Shown in pieces: positions 36,471 through 48,401 of a stretch of DNA of 64,000 bases. The notes under the pieces were generated by a model. The model was not told where the DNA came from. It worked only from the letters and a program-made list of their open reading frames with translations, and did no database searches. How positions within the stretch are numbered: position 1 is the first letter of the stretch; each line of letters opens with the position of its first letter. Origin of the DNA: Mytilus trossulus (Eukaryota); the NCBI RefSeq assembly GCF_036588685.1, contig NC_086382.1:32736001-32800000 (forward strand), in the 5' to 3' direction. The translations under genes were made by a program, and so were the position numbers.

Positions 36471-38771
36471 GTCGTATTTTTTAGGATATTATTTGTTATG
36501 AAAGTATTCCATTAAGCTTTGCATAAACCGACCGTGCGAGGGCTGAAAAGCCAGTCAAGGTCGTTAAACACTTCCATATATAAGCTTTGCATAGTTTACA
36601 CGTAATTTGAATAACACAGATTATTGGACACATGGTCTGTAATTATAGGTCGAACTCACTTTACATATTAAAGAAGACGTTATATGATTTTTTTTCAATA
36701 AAGAAACAAAAATAAACATTTTAGCTAGATCAAGATTGCGTCTCAAATCCATCCCAACTTTTTTTGGAGAAAAAAAAAGGAAGACTAAAAAACATTTTCC
36801 TCTCCCCTATTACCTCTGGTTTTACCATACATATAATACTACAACTTGAAAAGTATGAGTTCTTTTTTTGTTGAATCACTAAAATTTTATCGGAGATCGA
36901 TTTTGCAAATCCCCGGATCATATAAGACATGCGTATCAAACATATTTGTGATATCTTTAATTATTTTATTCTTAATTGGAGTTGAAAAAAAAATGAAATC
37001 CCATGCTGGCAGTTTGAGGAAAACCCTCCTAAGAATTAATGTGTCAGGATGATAGGATATGTATTAGTCTTATAGGAAGCGTTTCGTACAATTTTGTCGG
37101 TTTGTTTTGGACAAATAATCCTGCGCTTGTCATCATTACTGATTTTAAATGAGGGGTGCATGACATGTGCGCCAATTTTGAAATAAACACCTTTTTTTCA
37201 ATTGCGCCGAAACAAAGTTTAATGTTATACAAGTGGTGAGACTTTAATAAAATATTGAATCTGAATCTTTGTGCCAATTATTATTTTTTCATTAGCGCAA
37301 ATTTAATTTGACCACATAAGATATGATACATTGTAGACAATTACCGTTAAAACTCACAATTAAACCATGGAAGTAATATTTAAATATTACTTCCATGGTT
37401 AAACTCAGCCCGATGTTATAATAGGCAACAGAAGAAACTTCGCAAAAAGTCAATTATTAACATTAATTAACAAAGGATCACTACCAATAAACTGGACCCC
37501 TGTTGTGTTCACTTATCGCTACACTTCGGTTTGGAAATTTAGATGGAATACGGCGGTTACTGATATGTCAGCTCAAGATTTTAATTAGACTGATTGAAAG
37601 ATTATGTCTTCATATTAAAATCATGGAAGTATTATACTGACTTCCATGTAAAACAAATAACCACAATTCCTCCCAGTAGGTGTTTAGAACCATGCCGTCA
37701 TAAACTTATCCATCTCGAAATCTCACTTCGACCACCCAGTGGTAGGGGAAGGGGCAAATGACAGACGGAAGCGTTATTTTTGTTATTCTATCAATGAATT
37801 GTGTACAACCTGTAAATTGACACAATTTTTTTTTCTTAAGTTGTGCAAGTGAAAATTTAAATAATAAAAACTGGCGCGATTGAAGTGCAGATTGGCATAA
37901 ATGAAAAACACCGGTTAAAATTTAAAATGGTAACTAAAAGCAGAGACATAGTATACATGTCTCTGCAAAACGTTTGGATTTACGATATGAATTACTTTTA
38001 AGATGGGACTATATTTGTAGACAACGAACAGGTTATGAAATACTCATATGGCAATTAAAACTCTTTTTTTAGGTTACATGAATGTTTATTTGTGGATTAT
38101 GTAAATACTTTGAGAAGTCAGAAATATTTATTAATACTGTGCTATTTTATTTGTCCGGTGAAATGTCCCGTTTTTATGATTCATAATTAAGCATAGATCT
38201 ATTTCATCTCTTTCCTTCAATTCCTTTTTTGATAGTTATCGTTAAATTTCTATATTTATTCATTCTTTTACTTGTGTTGCTTCAGTTTACACTCAGGAGT
38301 TTGAAATTCGAGAGAAGCTCTACTGTGATAGTCGAGTTTGGTATATTTTTACCCCGTTATTGATAGGATTTCAAACTCCTGTGGTTTACATTATTTCACT
38401 AATCACAGAATTTTAAATAGATCAGTTCTTGGTTCTATGTTTATGGAAGCATAAACCTTTTTTTACTTTCATTTTAAATGTAGTTAAAAGATGCAACCTT
38501 TGCAGAAGACCAATAGTTCCTTTTTATAATTGATAAAGTAAACGCGGACCGAGAAGAAGACACCCACTGACTTTTCTGTTTGAAACAATATTAAACATAA
38601 ACATAAACAAGAAACGTAATTTAATTATAATAATCGTTCATAGTTTCCTACAGCACTTCATCAATCGCAAGTCATATCATGAATATTATTTATGACGGCT
38701 CATGAATATTATTGAAGGCTGGCCTCATGAATATTAACGCTAACTGTTATCGACGGCTAGCTTCACACTAG

Positions 38772-39365
38772 AAAAAATAAGATGTGGTATAATTGCCAAT
38801 GATACAACTCTCCACAAGAGACCAAATGACACAGAAATTATCATCTACATCCTTCAACAATGAGCAAAGCCCATACCGCAGAGTCGGCCATAAAGAGCCC
38901 CAAAATTCACAAATGTAAAACAATTACAAACGAGAAAACTAACGGCCTAATTATGAACGAAAAACAATTACTAGTATGTAACACATTAACAAACGACAAC
39001 CACTGAATTATGTACAGGCTCCTGACTTGGGACAGGCACATACATACAGAATGTGGTGTTAAACATGTTAGCGGGATCCCAACCCTCCGGCCTCTAACCT
39101 GGGACAGTTGTGTAACCGTACAACATAAGATCGAACTATAAAAATCAGTTGAAAAGCATAACTCATCAGAAGGATACAAATAGAAATACATCCAACAAAA
39201 ACACATTGTACTTGTATATCCCAACAACAAAAAAACACAAAATAAAGATCTAAGGGTACTGGCAACTACTGATAGCTAGTTCACAGCCACTATAACCACT
39301 CATAATAACAAAAAATAAATAAGACATGCATGTAAGACTAAATTATCAATCAGTTCACATCCAAT
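38772..39365 (-). mobile_element. Copy of the Naiad-related non-autonomous repeat, continuing after a nested MITE (to ~39810)
   Basis: Collinear with 44287-44920. Confidence 0.8.
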
Positions 39366-39730
39366 AGACCACTTTCGAGTTCATCCGTCACCGGAAAAAA
39401 CTCGTCAATTATGCGCGCCTTTGTGACGTCATTTACCAGATAGACGGGGTCGCCTGTATCCCTGCACTATTAACGTTCATCAAGCGTCTTAGTGATCGTC
39501 ATTGTGCAGGATAAACTAGAAATAATAGGTGTTTCGTAGGTACTTAATCACAATTCCCTAATGACAGCTGTGCTGATTATCAATTATGAGAATACAATTT
39601 GCCGCATAATTCGTACAATATAGATCTAAGTTTTCCAACCACTCGCTCAACATTGGAACGAAAGTAACGGCGCACCTAAACGCACGAATGATATTTACTA
39701 AAACCAATGCATCGAACTCGAAAGTTGTCT
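39366..39730. mobile_element. MITE with 17-bp TIRs and apparent AT target duplication
   Basis: AT|AGACCACTTTCGAGTTC ... GAACTCGAAAGTTGTCT|AT. The empty site in the homologous copy reads catccaATggatttagtg (44883-44900). Confidence 0.8.
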
Positions 39731-40063
39731 ATGGGTTAAGTGTAAAGCGTCAGAAATAATAAGAGAAAAACACGACCTTGTACAATGCCAAGATACAGGT
39801 ATCGACATGGATCAATGGATGTGTATATGTATAGATCTTTTATGATATTTATTTTGCTTTTACTTTACTGATAACAAACTCCGTTATGTTTTGTTATTAT
39901 AATTTTGACTTTTTTTCCTGTGTACGGACGCTATAAAAAAGGACATATCATGAATAAAAAATTAATTCATGAACTCAAATTCCCTATATCTGTGATATCG
40001 GATTGATAATCTGTTATCTCGATCGGATTGATAATCCGTTATCTCTAACTTGCAATCGGTTAA

Positions 40064-40908
40064 TAAAATTGAGAATGGAAATGGGGAATGTGTCAAAGAG
40101 ACAACAACCCGACCATAGAAAAAAACAACAGCAGAAGGTCACCAACAGGTCTTCAATGTAGCGAGAAATTCCCGCACCCGGAGGCCTCCTTTAGCTGGCC
40201 CCTAAACAAATATATACTAGTTCAGTGATAATGAACGCCATACTAATTTCCAAATTGTACACAAGAAACTAGAATTAAAATAATACAAGACTAACAAAGG
40301 CCAGAGGCTCCTGACTTGGGACAGGCGCAAAAATGCGGCGGGGTTAAACATGTTTGTGAGATCTCAACCCTCCCCCTATACCTCTAGCCAATGTAGAAAA
40401 GTAAACGCATAACAATACGCACATTAAAATTCAGTTCAAGAGAAGTCCGAGTCTGATGTCAGAATATGTAACCAAAGAAAATAAACAAAATGACAATAAT
40501 ACATAAATAACAACAGACTACTAGCAGTTAACTGACATGTCAGCTCCAGACTTCAATTAAACTGACTGAAAGATTATGATTTCATCATATGTACACCAGG
40601 CACAATCCTTCCCGTTAGGGGTTAAGTATCATACCATCATAACATATATGAGAAGAACATAACCCGTGTCATGCCAACAACTGTTTTTTTAATAAATGTG
40701 TTTAGTTCCGATGCAAAGACCCTATAAGTGAATCAATATTAACGCCAAAATATGCAATCTTTAATGACCTGACAACAGTATCGTAACTATATCCCTTCTT
40801 AATAAGTCTATTCAAAGGTTTTGTTAGTTTCTGAGGTGAATACTGACACCTTTGTGCTTTATAAGAATATTTCCATAAAAAATTGGATGTGAAATACCTG
40901 AACGTATA
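40064..40908 (-). mobile_element. Second Naiad copy: ORF C-terminus, 3' UTR and pseudo-LTR
   Basis: Reverse complement of ~3503-4354; encodes ...YKAQRCQYSPQKLTKPLNRLIKKGY...SLHRN*. Confidence 0.93.
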
Positions 40909-42312
40909 GACGTTAAGCACGATATTGCGTCTGAAATGGTAACGTCAAATTTTTACGTTTTACGGCGATTACCGATTATTTGGGATAAGTTTTGTATTTC
41001 GCTTGCAATTTTTGTTTTGCACATCAATATGGATACTTCTTATAATGTTTTGTTGTACTGAATATGCATGGAATATTTCCCTATGAAAGTAATGTAACGT
41101 AAGCAACAAACAACAAAATATATCGTATTTGGGTAATGCATAAGCTATATGAAATGCGAAGATTATACGGTATGATGAGTGTCAATGAGACAAACATGAC
41201 AACTCTCTACCAGAGATCAATTGACATAAAGCGTAATAAAGTGCAATGTGTTCCCATTTAGATGTGAAAAGGAGGAGGTTATGTATATGGCTTTAATATA
41301 AAAAGTTTGTCGGGAATTACAAGTTAAACGGGTCTTGCTTATAAAATGCACTATACTTTCTTTAATAGCGGTACAATTAGATTATGAAATGAAACGATTG
41401 TCAGAAAAAAAAGGTTAATTATAATTCATCTCATATGTTTACAAGCTTTGTATGATGTGGAGAGGTATATAGCCACGCTTAAGGCCCAATTTGTTTTTCA
41501 CTTTCAATTCTATACACATGAATCTTATAGTCAGTTTACGCTTCCCAAATTTGAAAATTTGATAAAGATGATTTGTTATCCTAACTTTTTCACAACTTAA
41601 GAACCTCATCTAAACGAACAAACCCAGTTATCGGATTTTTTTTTAATACTTTGTGGTCTTGTTGATAGTATCTGACTATCAAGAAAATTCTATCTGAGGA
41701 ACTATCATATACAGATGATCCACCATAAATAGCGTACCCCGAATTGACAACGTTGAAAACGTACGAAAATCGTCCAGTGGACAATTGAGTCAAACTTTCA
41801 AGACATTTCATTTCTTTGAAAACGAAGTCGTTTTGACTACGCAAGTTATCAAAAAGTATGTAGCTGTTTTGTAAAGTTAAAGCACAATTACGGAAAAGCA
41901 CTATTTAGAATGCAACTAATCTAAATTTTCAATAAATTACGTCGCAAATGACAATTTATTTGTTAAAAACGGCGTAATTCGACATTGGACATCTTGCAAG
42001 ACATTTGCCAGAAGCCGTTGCATTTTTTTATGTAGTGTGTGTGCTGCAAAAATTCGATTTTGATATGGTCTATGTATGCACTTATGTGAGACGAATTTAC
42101 ACAAACGAAATATTATACAATCTTATATTTTAAAACCTATAAATTTTGAAAACTTAACATCTTCCAAAATCTGACCATAATGAACACTATTTGTTTTTGC
42201 CAAAAAAATAGCATTGGTCGTTACAGGAACGCATATGCAGTAATATTGTTATACTTTATATATAAAGCATATCATTCATTCGAATTTTCGTTTTTTTTTC
42301 GTTTCGAATTTT

Positions 42313-42768
42313 TCCCCAAAGCGAACAAAAATGTTATCTAGTAAAAATTCAAGGGCATATATAGTATCAAAGCATGTCTAATTAACATAGTTTTTTTGTT
42401 TATTGCTACTAAAAAATGACCTAAAAGAGTTTGAACATATATATTCACATTCTGACTTTTTAAATGCCGATTTAATTAGGTGTGTGAATTTTTTCTTTAT
42501 GAGAATGTGAGGCAATGTGGTATACAGGGTAGAATAATCAAAACTTTGAACAGATTCAAAATCACCAATATAAGCATGCAATTTATCAAGTACTTCCAAC
42601 GAGTTCTTGACACTCCAAAAATAATTAATTCCACTATTTTCGAAGGCCTTATTTGAACAATTTATTATCAGGTTTTTAATTGTACCAAGTGTGCTGGTAA
42701 GAAGAATAGACAATTTAGTAGTGGAGCAATGGCTTGAAGACGAAATAAATCTATATTTGTAAGGTGTT
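42313..42768 (-). mobile_element. Naiad RT fragment, collinear with 40064-40908
   Basis: Reverse complement of ~2446-2900, with a TGG->TAG stop at 42370-42372; ORF 42378-42713 matches the RT. Confidence 0.92.
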
Positions 42769-42789
42769 ATCTTATTTAAGGTTCAAAAG

Positions 42790-43440
42790 CCGTAATCTTG
42801 GTTTTACCATCCGTTATCTCGGATTTCAAATCCGTGATCTCCGATTTATAATTCGATATCTCGGATTCTCAATTTGTGATCTTTGTTTAATAATCCACCA
42901 TCTCAGAATCCAATCCGTAATCCCGGATTGATAACTCTTGATCTCGAATAAATATTTTATTATCACGGACTGACAATCCGTGGTCTCGGTTTAACAATCA
43001 GTGATCTCGGATTCATAAACAGTGATTTATAAATCATAATCCGTCATCTCGGATTCATAAACAGTGATTTATAAATCATAATCCGTCATCTCGGATTCCT
43101 AATCAGTCATCTTGAATAACTTATATATGATCTCGGATTGATTATCCTTTATCTCAGATTCCCGATACGTCCTCTCGTCTAAAAAAATCAGTTAACTCGG
43201 ATTCCAGATCCGTTCAATACGATTAAGAATTCGTTTTCTCCTATTCCTAATCAGATATCTTGGAATAACAATCCGTGATCTTGGAGTAATAATCAATTAT
43301 ATCGGATATCAAATCCCTTATTTTGGATTGATTATCCGTTTTCTTTTATTCCCAAAATTTCTTTATCTTGTATTCCTAATCCGTAATCTCATATTGATGA
43401 TTCGTTATCTCAGATTGATTATATGTGATCTATGATTCCA
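42790..43440. repeat. Degenerate ~22-bp minisatellite (gtgatctcggattgataatcc-like)
   Basis: Recurring atctcggatt cores; the same units occur at 39990-40060 on the other side of the Naiad remnant. Confidence 0.85.
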
Positions 43441-44286
43441 ATTAGTAAAGCCGGGGAGATATTATATACGGTGTGTACTCAATGCAAGTATAGTATAAAG
43501 GTATAAAATAAAAAGAATTTTCGAATGATAAGATGTATCCATCCTGAAAATTTAAAATAATCCTTTCACCTATCTTATTTTGACTGCGACGATAGCCACG
43601 GAAAGCAAGACATAGGTGTTGCTTTCCTGGTTGTGGCAAGGGCGGAGGAGGCAGATATTAATTGGATATCACGGATTGTTTGTATGTGTTCTTTATGGAT
43701 TCCGTACCTGTGACCTCTTTTCCTATATTTGTCCTACATTAGGATGGGTTGAGCATATTCCTTATGTGCCTGTCCGAAGTCGGGCACATGTAGTTCAGTG
43801 CTTTATGTCTGTCATATTTGTTCTTCGGAAATTATTTCTTGTAAATAAGGGTTTTTTTTCCGTTGACTTGTGTGAATCTAGACGAACATCCTTTTCGTGT
43901 CAGTACTGTCAAGCAGTAAAAAACAGGATCTCAGGCTAAATAATATTTAAATTGCAGTTGTATAAGCATATGTATATCTTATTCACACGGAAACTATTTG
44001 ATTCTGTACTTTCGGTCATATTTTCAACATTACATACAGTCGAGACACATTTCTGTATGTCAACAGTCAGGAGGCTAGTATTGTGGATTGGTTTTTGTGT
44101 GTTTGAAGTTTGTTTGTTTGTTGTTTTTTTGGGGGGTCGGAGTGGTAATTCTCTATTTCCATGTATGATATATTTATTATCCTTTCAACCAGGATTAAAA
44201 AACAATCCTTAACGAATTTGCTATTTTCATATCTTGTTATATTGTTAAAGATAGTATACGTTCAAGCTCTAGATGCTTTAGATATA

Positions 44287-44920
44287 TATAAAAAAAAAGA
44301 AGATGTGGTATGATTGCCAATGAGACAACTGTCCACAAGAGACCAAAATGTCACAGACATTAACAACTATAGGTCACCGTACGACCTTCAACAATGAGCA
44401 AAGCCTATACCGCACAGTCACGGAGCTATAAAAGTCCCCGATATGACAATGTAAAACAATTCAAACAAGAAAACTAATGGCCTTATCTATATAAAAAAAA
44501 AGAACAATAAACAAATATGTAACACATAAACAAACGACAACCACTGAATTGCAGGCTCCTGACTTGGGACAGGCACATACACAAATAATGTGGCGGGGTT
44601 AAACATGTTAGCGGGATCCCATTCCTCCCGCTTACCTTGGACAGTGGTATAACAGTACAACATAAGAACGAACTATAAAAATCAGTTGAAAAAGGCTTAA
44701 CTCATCAGATGGACAAAAATACAAGTGGACGTGGCCAGGTACTTGTACATCCCGACAACAAAAAGACAATAGGAACAGATCTGAGAGTATTCGCAGTTAT
44801 CTGACAGCTAGTTCAAAGCCACTAACAACTAATACAAAAAATCATGCATCTAAGACTAAACAATCAATCCGTACACATCCAACATCCAATGGATTTAGTG
44901 TAAAGACGTCATAAACAGTC
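44287..44920 (-). mobile_element. Least degraded copy of the Naiad-related non-autonomous repeat
   Basis: Reverse-similar to 9717-10157; contains aggctcctgacttgggacaggc and ggcggggttaaacatgt, shared with the Naiad pseudo-LTR. Confidence 0.82.
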
Positions 44921-45121
44921 AGGTTAATATTATTCCGTATCATATCTTTGTGACGTCAAATACGTTGACCCGGCCTTAATAACTTTGACCCGGACTTATC
45001 AGCGACGTCATAATGTTTGAACCGACGTTAATAACTTTGACCCGAACTTATCAAGTCATCTTTTGAGTGCTGGTGAAACAAAGAAAACACTTCCGAAACA
45101 CACAAATATAGCCCGATAAAT

Positions 45122-45284
45122 CGATTATCAGATTATCAGCATATTGATATTGTAAAATATCAGCTGCTTGACATAATATGAAGGCTTTTTGATCTCGTTC
45201 GCTACGCTCACTCGACAAAAAGCTTCATATTATGTCTCGCAGCTGATATTTTACGATATCATCATGCAGATAACCTGATAATCG
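45122..45284. repeat. Long imperfect palindrome (foldback element)
   Basis: cgattatcag...taaaatatcagctgc..gacataatatgaag.ctttttg is mirrored by caaaaagcttcatattatgtc..gcagctgatatttta...ctgataatcg. Confidence 0.8.
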
Positions 45285-45775
45285 GTACGTATATAGCAAA
45301 TATTAAGTTTGCTTTTATGGTTATTTTTCGTTAGGTTGTTGTCTCGTTGGCGTAACTACCAAATCTCCTTTCGCGTAAATTTATTTGGACAATTGAAGAT
45401 TCCCTATATGTATATTCACTTCCATGAAAAGTATACTGGACCAAAATCGAAGCACCAACAGTTAATTCTCGGATGTAAGAGTTTCTGTTGAAACTCTACA
45501 TACATGAAATGTCCTATTTTTATTTCTACATCATTTGGTCGCTGGTTCAGTCTCATTTTAATCATACCTTTAACCACTTCTTTTTTTTTTTAACATTGTA
45601 CACTTTTTTTATTTTTATTTTCTGTCATTTTTAGGGTTCATGTGTTCCATATAACAACTCCACCCTACGAAAAATCATGATAACACCTAACAGTGTACGA
45701 GGGTCTGGAATAATGGGGTTTACAGAATAGAAAAAGTGTACGAGGGTCTGGAATAATGGGGTTTACAGAATAGAA

Positions 45776-47053
45776 AACTAGAGGCTCTAAAGAGCCTGTG
45801 TCGCTCACCTTGGTATATGTGAATTAAACAAAGGAAGCAGACAGTTCATGACAAAATTGTGTTTAGATGATTGTGATGTGTTTGTACATCTTACTTTACT
45901 GAACATTCTTGCTGCTTACAATTATCTTTATCTATAATGAACTTGTCCGTGTAGTTTCAGTGGAAAATGTTAGTAAAAATTTACAAATTTTATGAAAATT
46001 GTTAAAAATTGATTATATAGGACAATAACTTCTTCGGGGGTCAATTGACCATTTTGGTCATTTTAACTTATTTTTGAGTCTTAAATTGCTGTACATTATT
46101 GCTGTTTACAGTTTATCTCCATCTATAATAATATTCAAGATAATAACCAAAAACAGTAAAATTTCCTTAAAATTACCAATTTAGGGGCAGCAACCCAACA
46201 ATGGGTTGTCTGATTCATCTGAAAATTTCAGGGCAGATAGATCTTGACCTGATAAACAATTTAACCCCATGTCAGATTTGCTCTAAATGCTTTGGTTTTT
46301 GAGTTATAAGCCAAAAACTGCATTTTACCCCTATGTTCTATTTTTAGCCGTAGCGGCCATCTTGGTTGGTTTGCCCGGTCACAAAACACAATTTTTAAAC
46401 TAGATAGCCTAATAATGATTCTGGCTATATTTGGTAAAATTTGGCCCAGTAGTTTCAGAGGAGAAGATTTTTGTAAAAGTTAACTAAGATTTACGAAAAA
46501 TGGTTAAAAATTTACTATAAAGGGCAATAACTCCTAAAGGGGTCAACTGACCATTTTGGTCATGTTGACTTATTTGTAAATCTTACTTTGCTGAACATTA
46601 TTGCTGTTTACAGTTTATCTCCATCTATGATAATATTCAAGATAATAACCAAAAACAGTAAAATTTCCTTAAAATTACCAATTTAGGGGCAGCAACCCAA
46701 CAATGGGTTGTCTGATTCATCTGAAAATTTCAGGGCAGATAGATCTTGACCTGATGAACAATTTAACCCCCATGTCAGATTTGCTCTAAATGCTTTGTTT
46801 TTTGAGTTATAAGCCAAAAATTGCATTTTACCCCTATGTTCTATTTTTAGCCATGGCGGCCATCTTGGTTGGTTGGCCAGGTAAAAAAACACAAATTTTA
46901 AACTAGATACATCAATGATGATTGTGGCCAAGTTTGGTTTAATTTGGCCCAGTAGTTTCAGAGGAGAAGATTTTTGTAAAAGTTAACGCCGGACGACGGA
47001 CGCCATATGATGAGAAAAGCTCACTTGGACCTTCGGGCCCGGTGAGCTAAAAA
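45776..47053 (+). mobile_element. Helentron/DINE-1-like element with two ~500-bp internal tandem repeats
   Basis: gctcacc / ggtgagc subterminal inverted repeat, (GAC)n and 3' hairpin, A-run end. ~46000-46490 is repeated at ~46500-46985. Confidence 0.78.
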
Positions 47054-48401
47054 TGGCAATAATATGTGCAGAATGAAGGGCAAAAATTGACACCAGAATA
47101 GAGAAAATAGACTTTAATGGTTTACTTTTTAAATTGTTATTTGGATGCAGAGTTGTCTCATTGGCACTCACACCACATCTTCCTATATCTATTTAAAATT
47201 ACATAAGAAAAATGATCGAAAAATTAAAGGAAATAAAGAAAAGGACCTCGATATCCATACCCACATTTTTTTCAGGGAGGGAAGCAATATGGATTTTTGT
47301 CCTTGAGGCACTTTTTGTAGACCAGCTTGTGATAACTAGTCAAACTGACTACTTATTACCACTTCTAGGTCGGGTTTCTCGTATTAGTTTGCTGTCCCAT
47401 TATTTTCGAGAAAGCCGGTTTTTTTTACCAATCTTTCGAGTTGAGGCAATTGTAATTGATTTTAACAGTTTGTGCTTATGATTTGCTGATACATCACTGT
47501 TCATGTAAGAGGAGGCTTGAGCGTTCACACACAGTATTTTTGCACATGTCCTAATTAAGTCAGGAGCATGTTTTTTAGTGGTATTTAAGTTGGTTCATGT
47601 GTACCACATTTGTTTTAGTTATATATATATATAAGGCCGTTATTTTTCTCGTTTGAATTTTTACCAATTATTTCACATTTTTTATGTCGGGTTCTTTTAT
47701 GAATAGCCCACTATAAGGTATGGGCTATTCTCATTGTTGAAGGCCGTAGTGCAACCTATACTTACGCATATCCACTTCATTTAAACACTGTTGGATAGTT
47801 GTCTTGTAGGCAATGGTACCAAATTTGTTATTTTTTTCACAATGGAAGTAAAATAAAAATCATCATTCATTTTTCGTTAACTAAAAGTCATTAGTCATAG
47901 ACCAGATGCTTATATATGGAAAACGGGAGATTATCCCCGATTTTTTGTAGGGTTCGTGTTGCTCATTCTTTAATTTTCTATACTGTTGTTTGTCTTTTAG
48001 TTTTTGTGTGGGTTTTTTTTTACTTTGCGTTGATTGATTATTTTCAATTTCTGCGTTTGAATGTCCCTTTGGTATCTTTCATCTCTCTTTTATAATGTTA
48101 ATTCCTTAATTATTCCATCAGGTTTTTTAACCAAAAAAACCCAGAAGACTTCAAGTTTGTTCATTTGTATTTATTTGCAGGACTAACAAAAAATTATCTG
48201 TGTAACACAAATCCTAGAAAGGTCATACAGACAATAATTATACATTTACATGCCAATGTTCGCTGTAAAATTAGACTTATGAAATTGAATAAATAAATAA
48301 ATAAATAATTCAATAAGTTAAAAGTTCAATATACAAGTTTTCAATTATAAAGTTCATTTCACACGTAACTACATAACAGTCTTCTTCGCTCCCTGGCTGT
48401 G

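Noticed and set aside
44690-44715. CTGATGAG on the minus strand (also 13825-13832 on plus) as a hammerhead ribozyme
   Set aside because: No stem II followed by GAAA and no closing stems at the required spacing.
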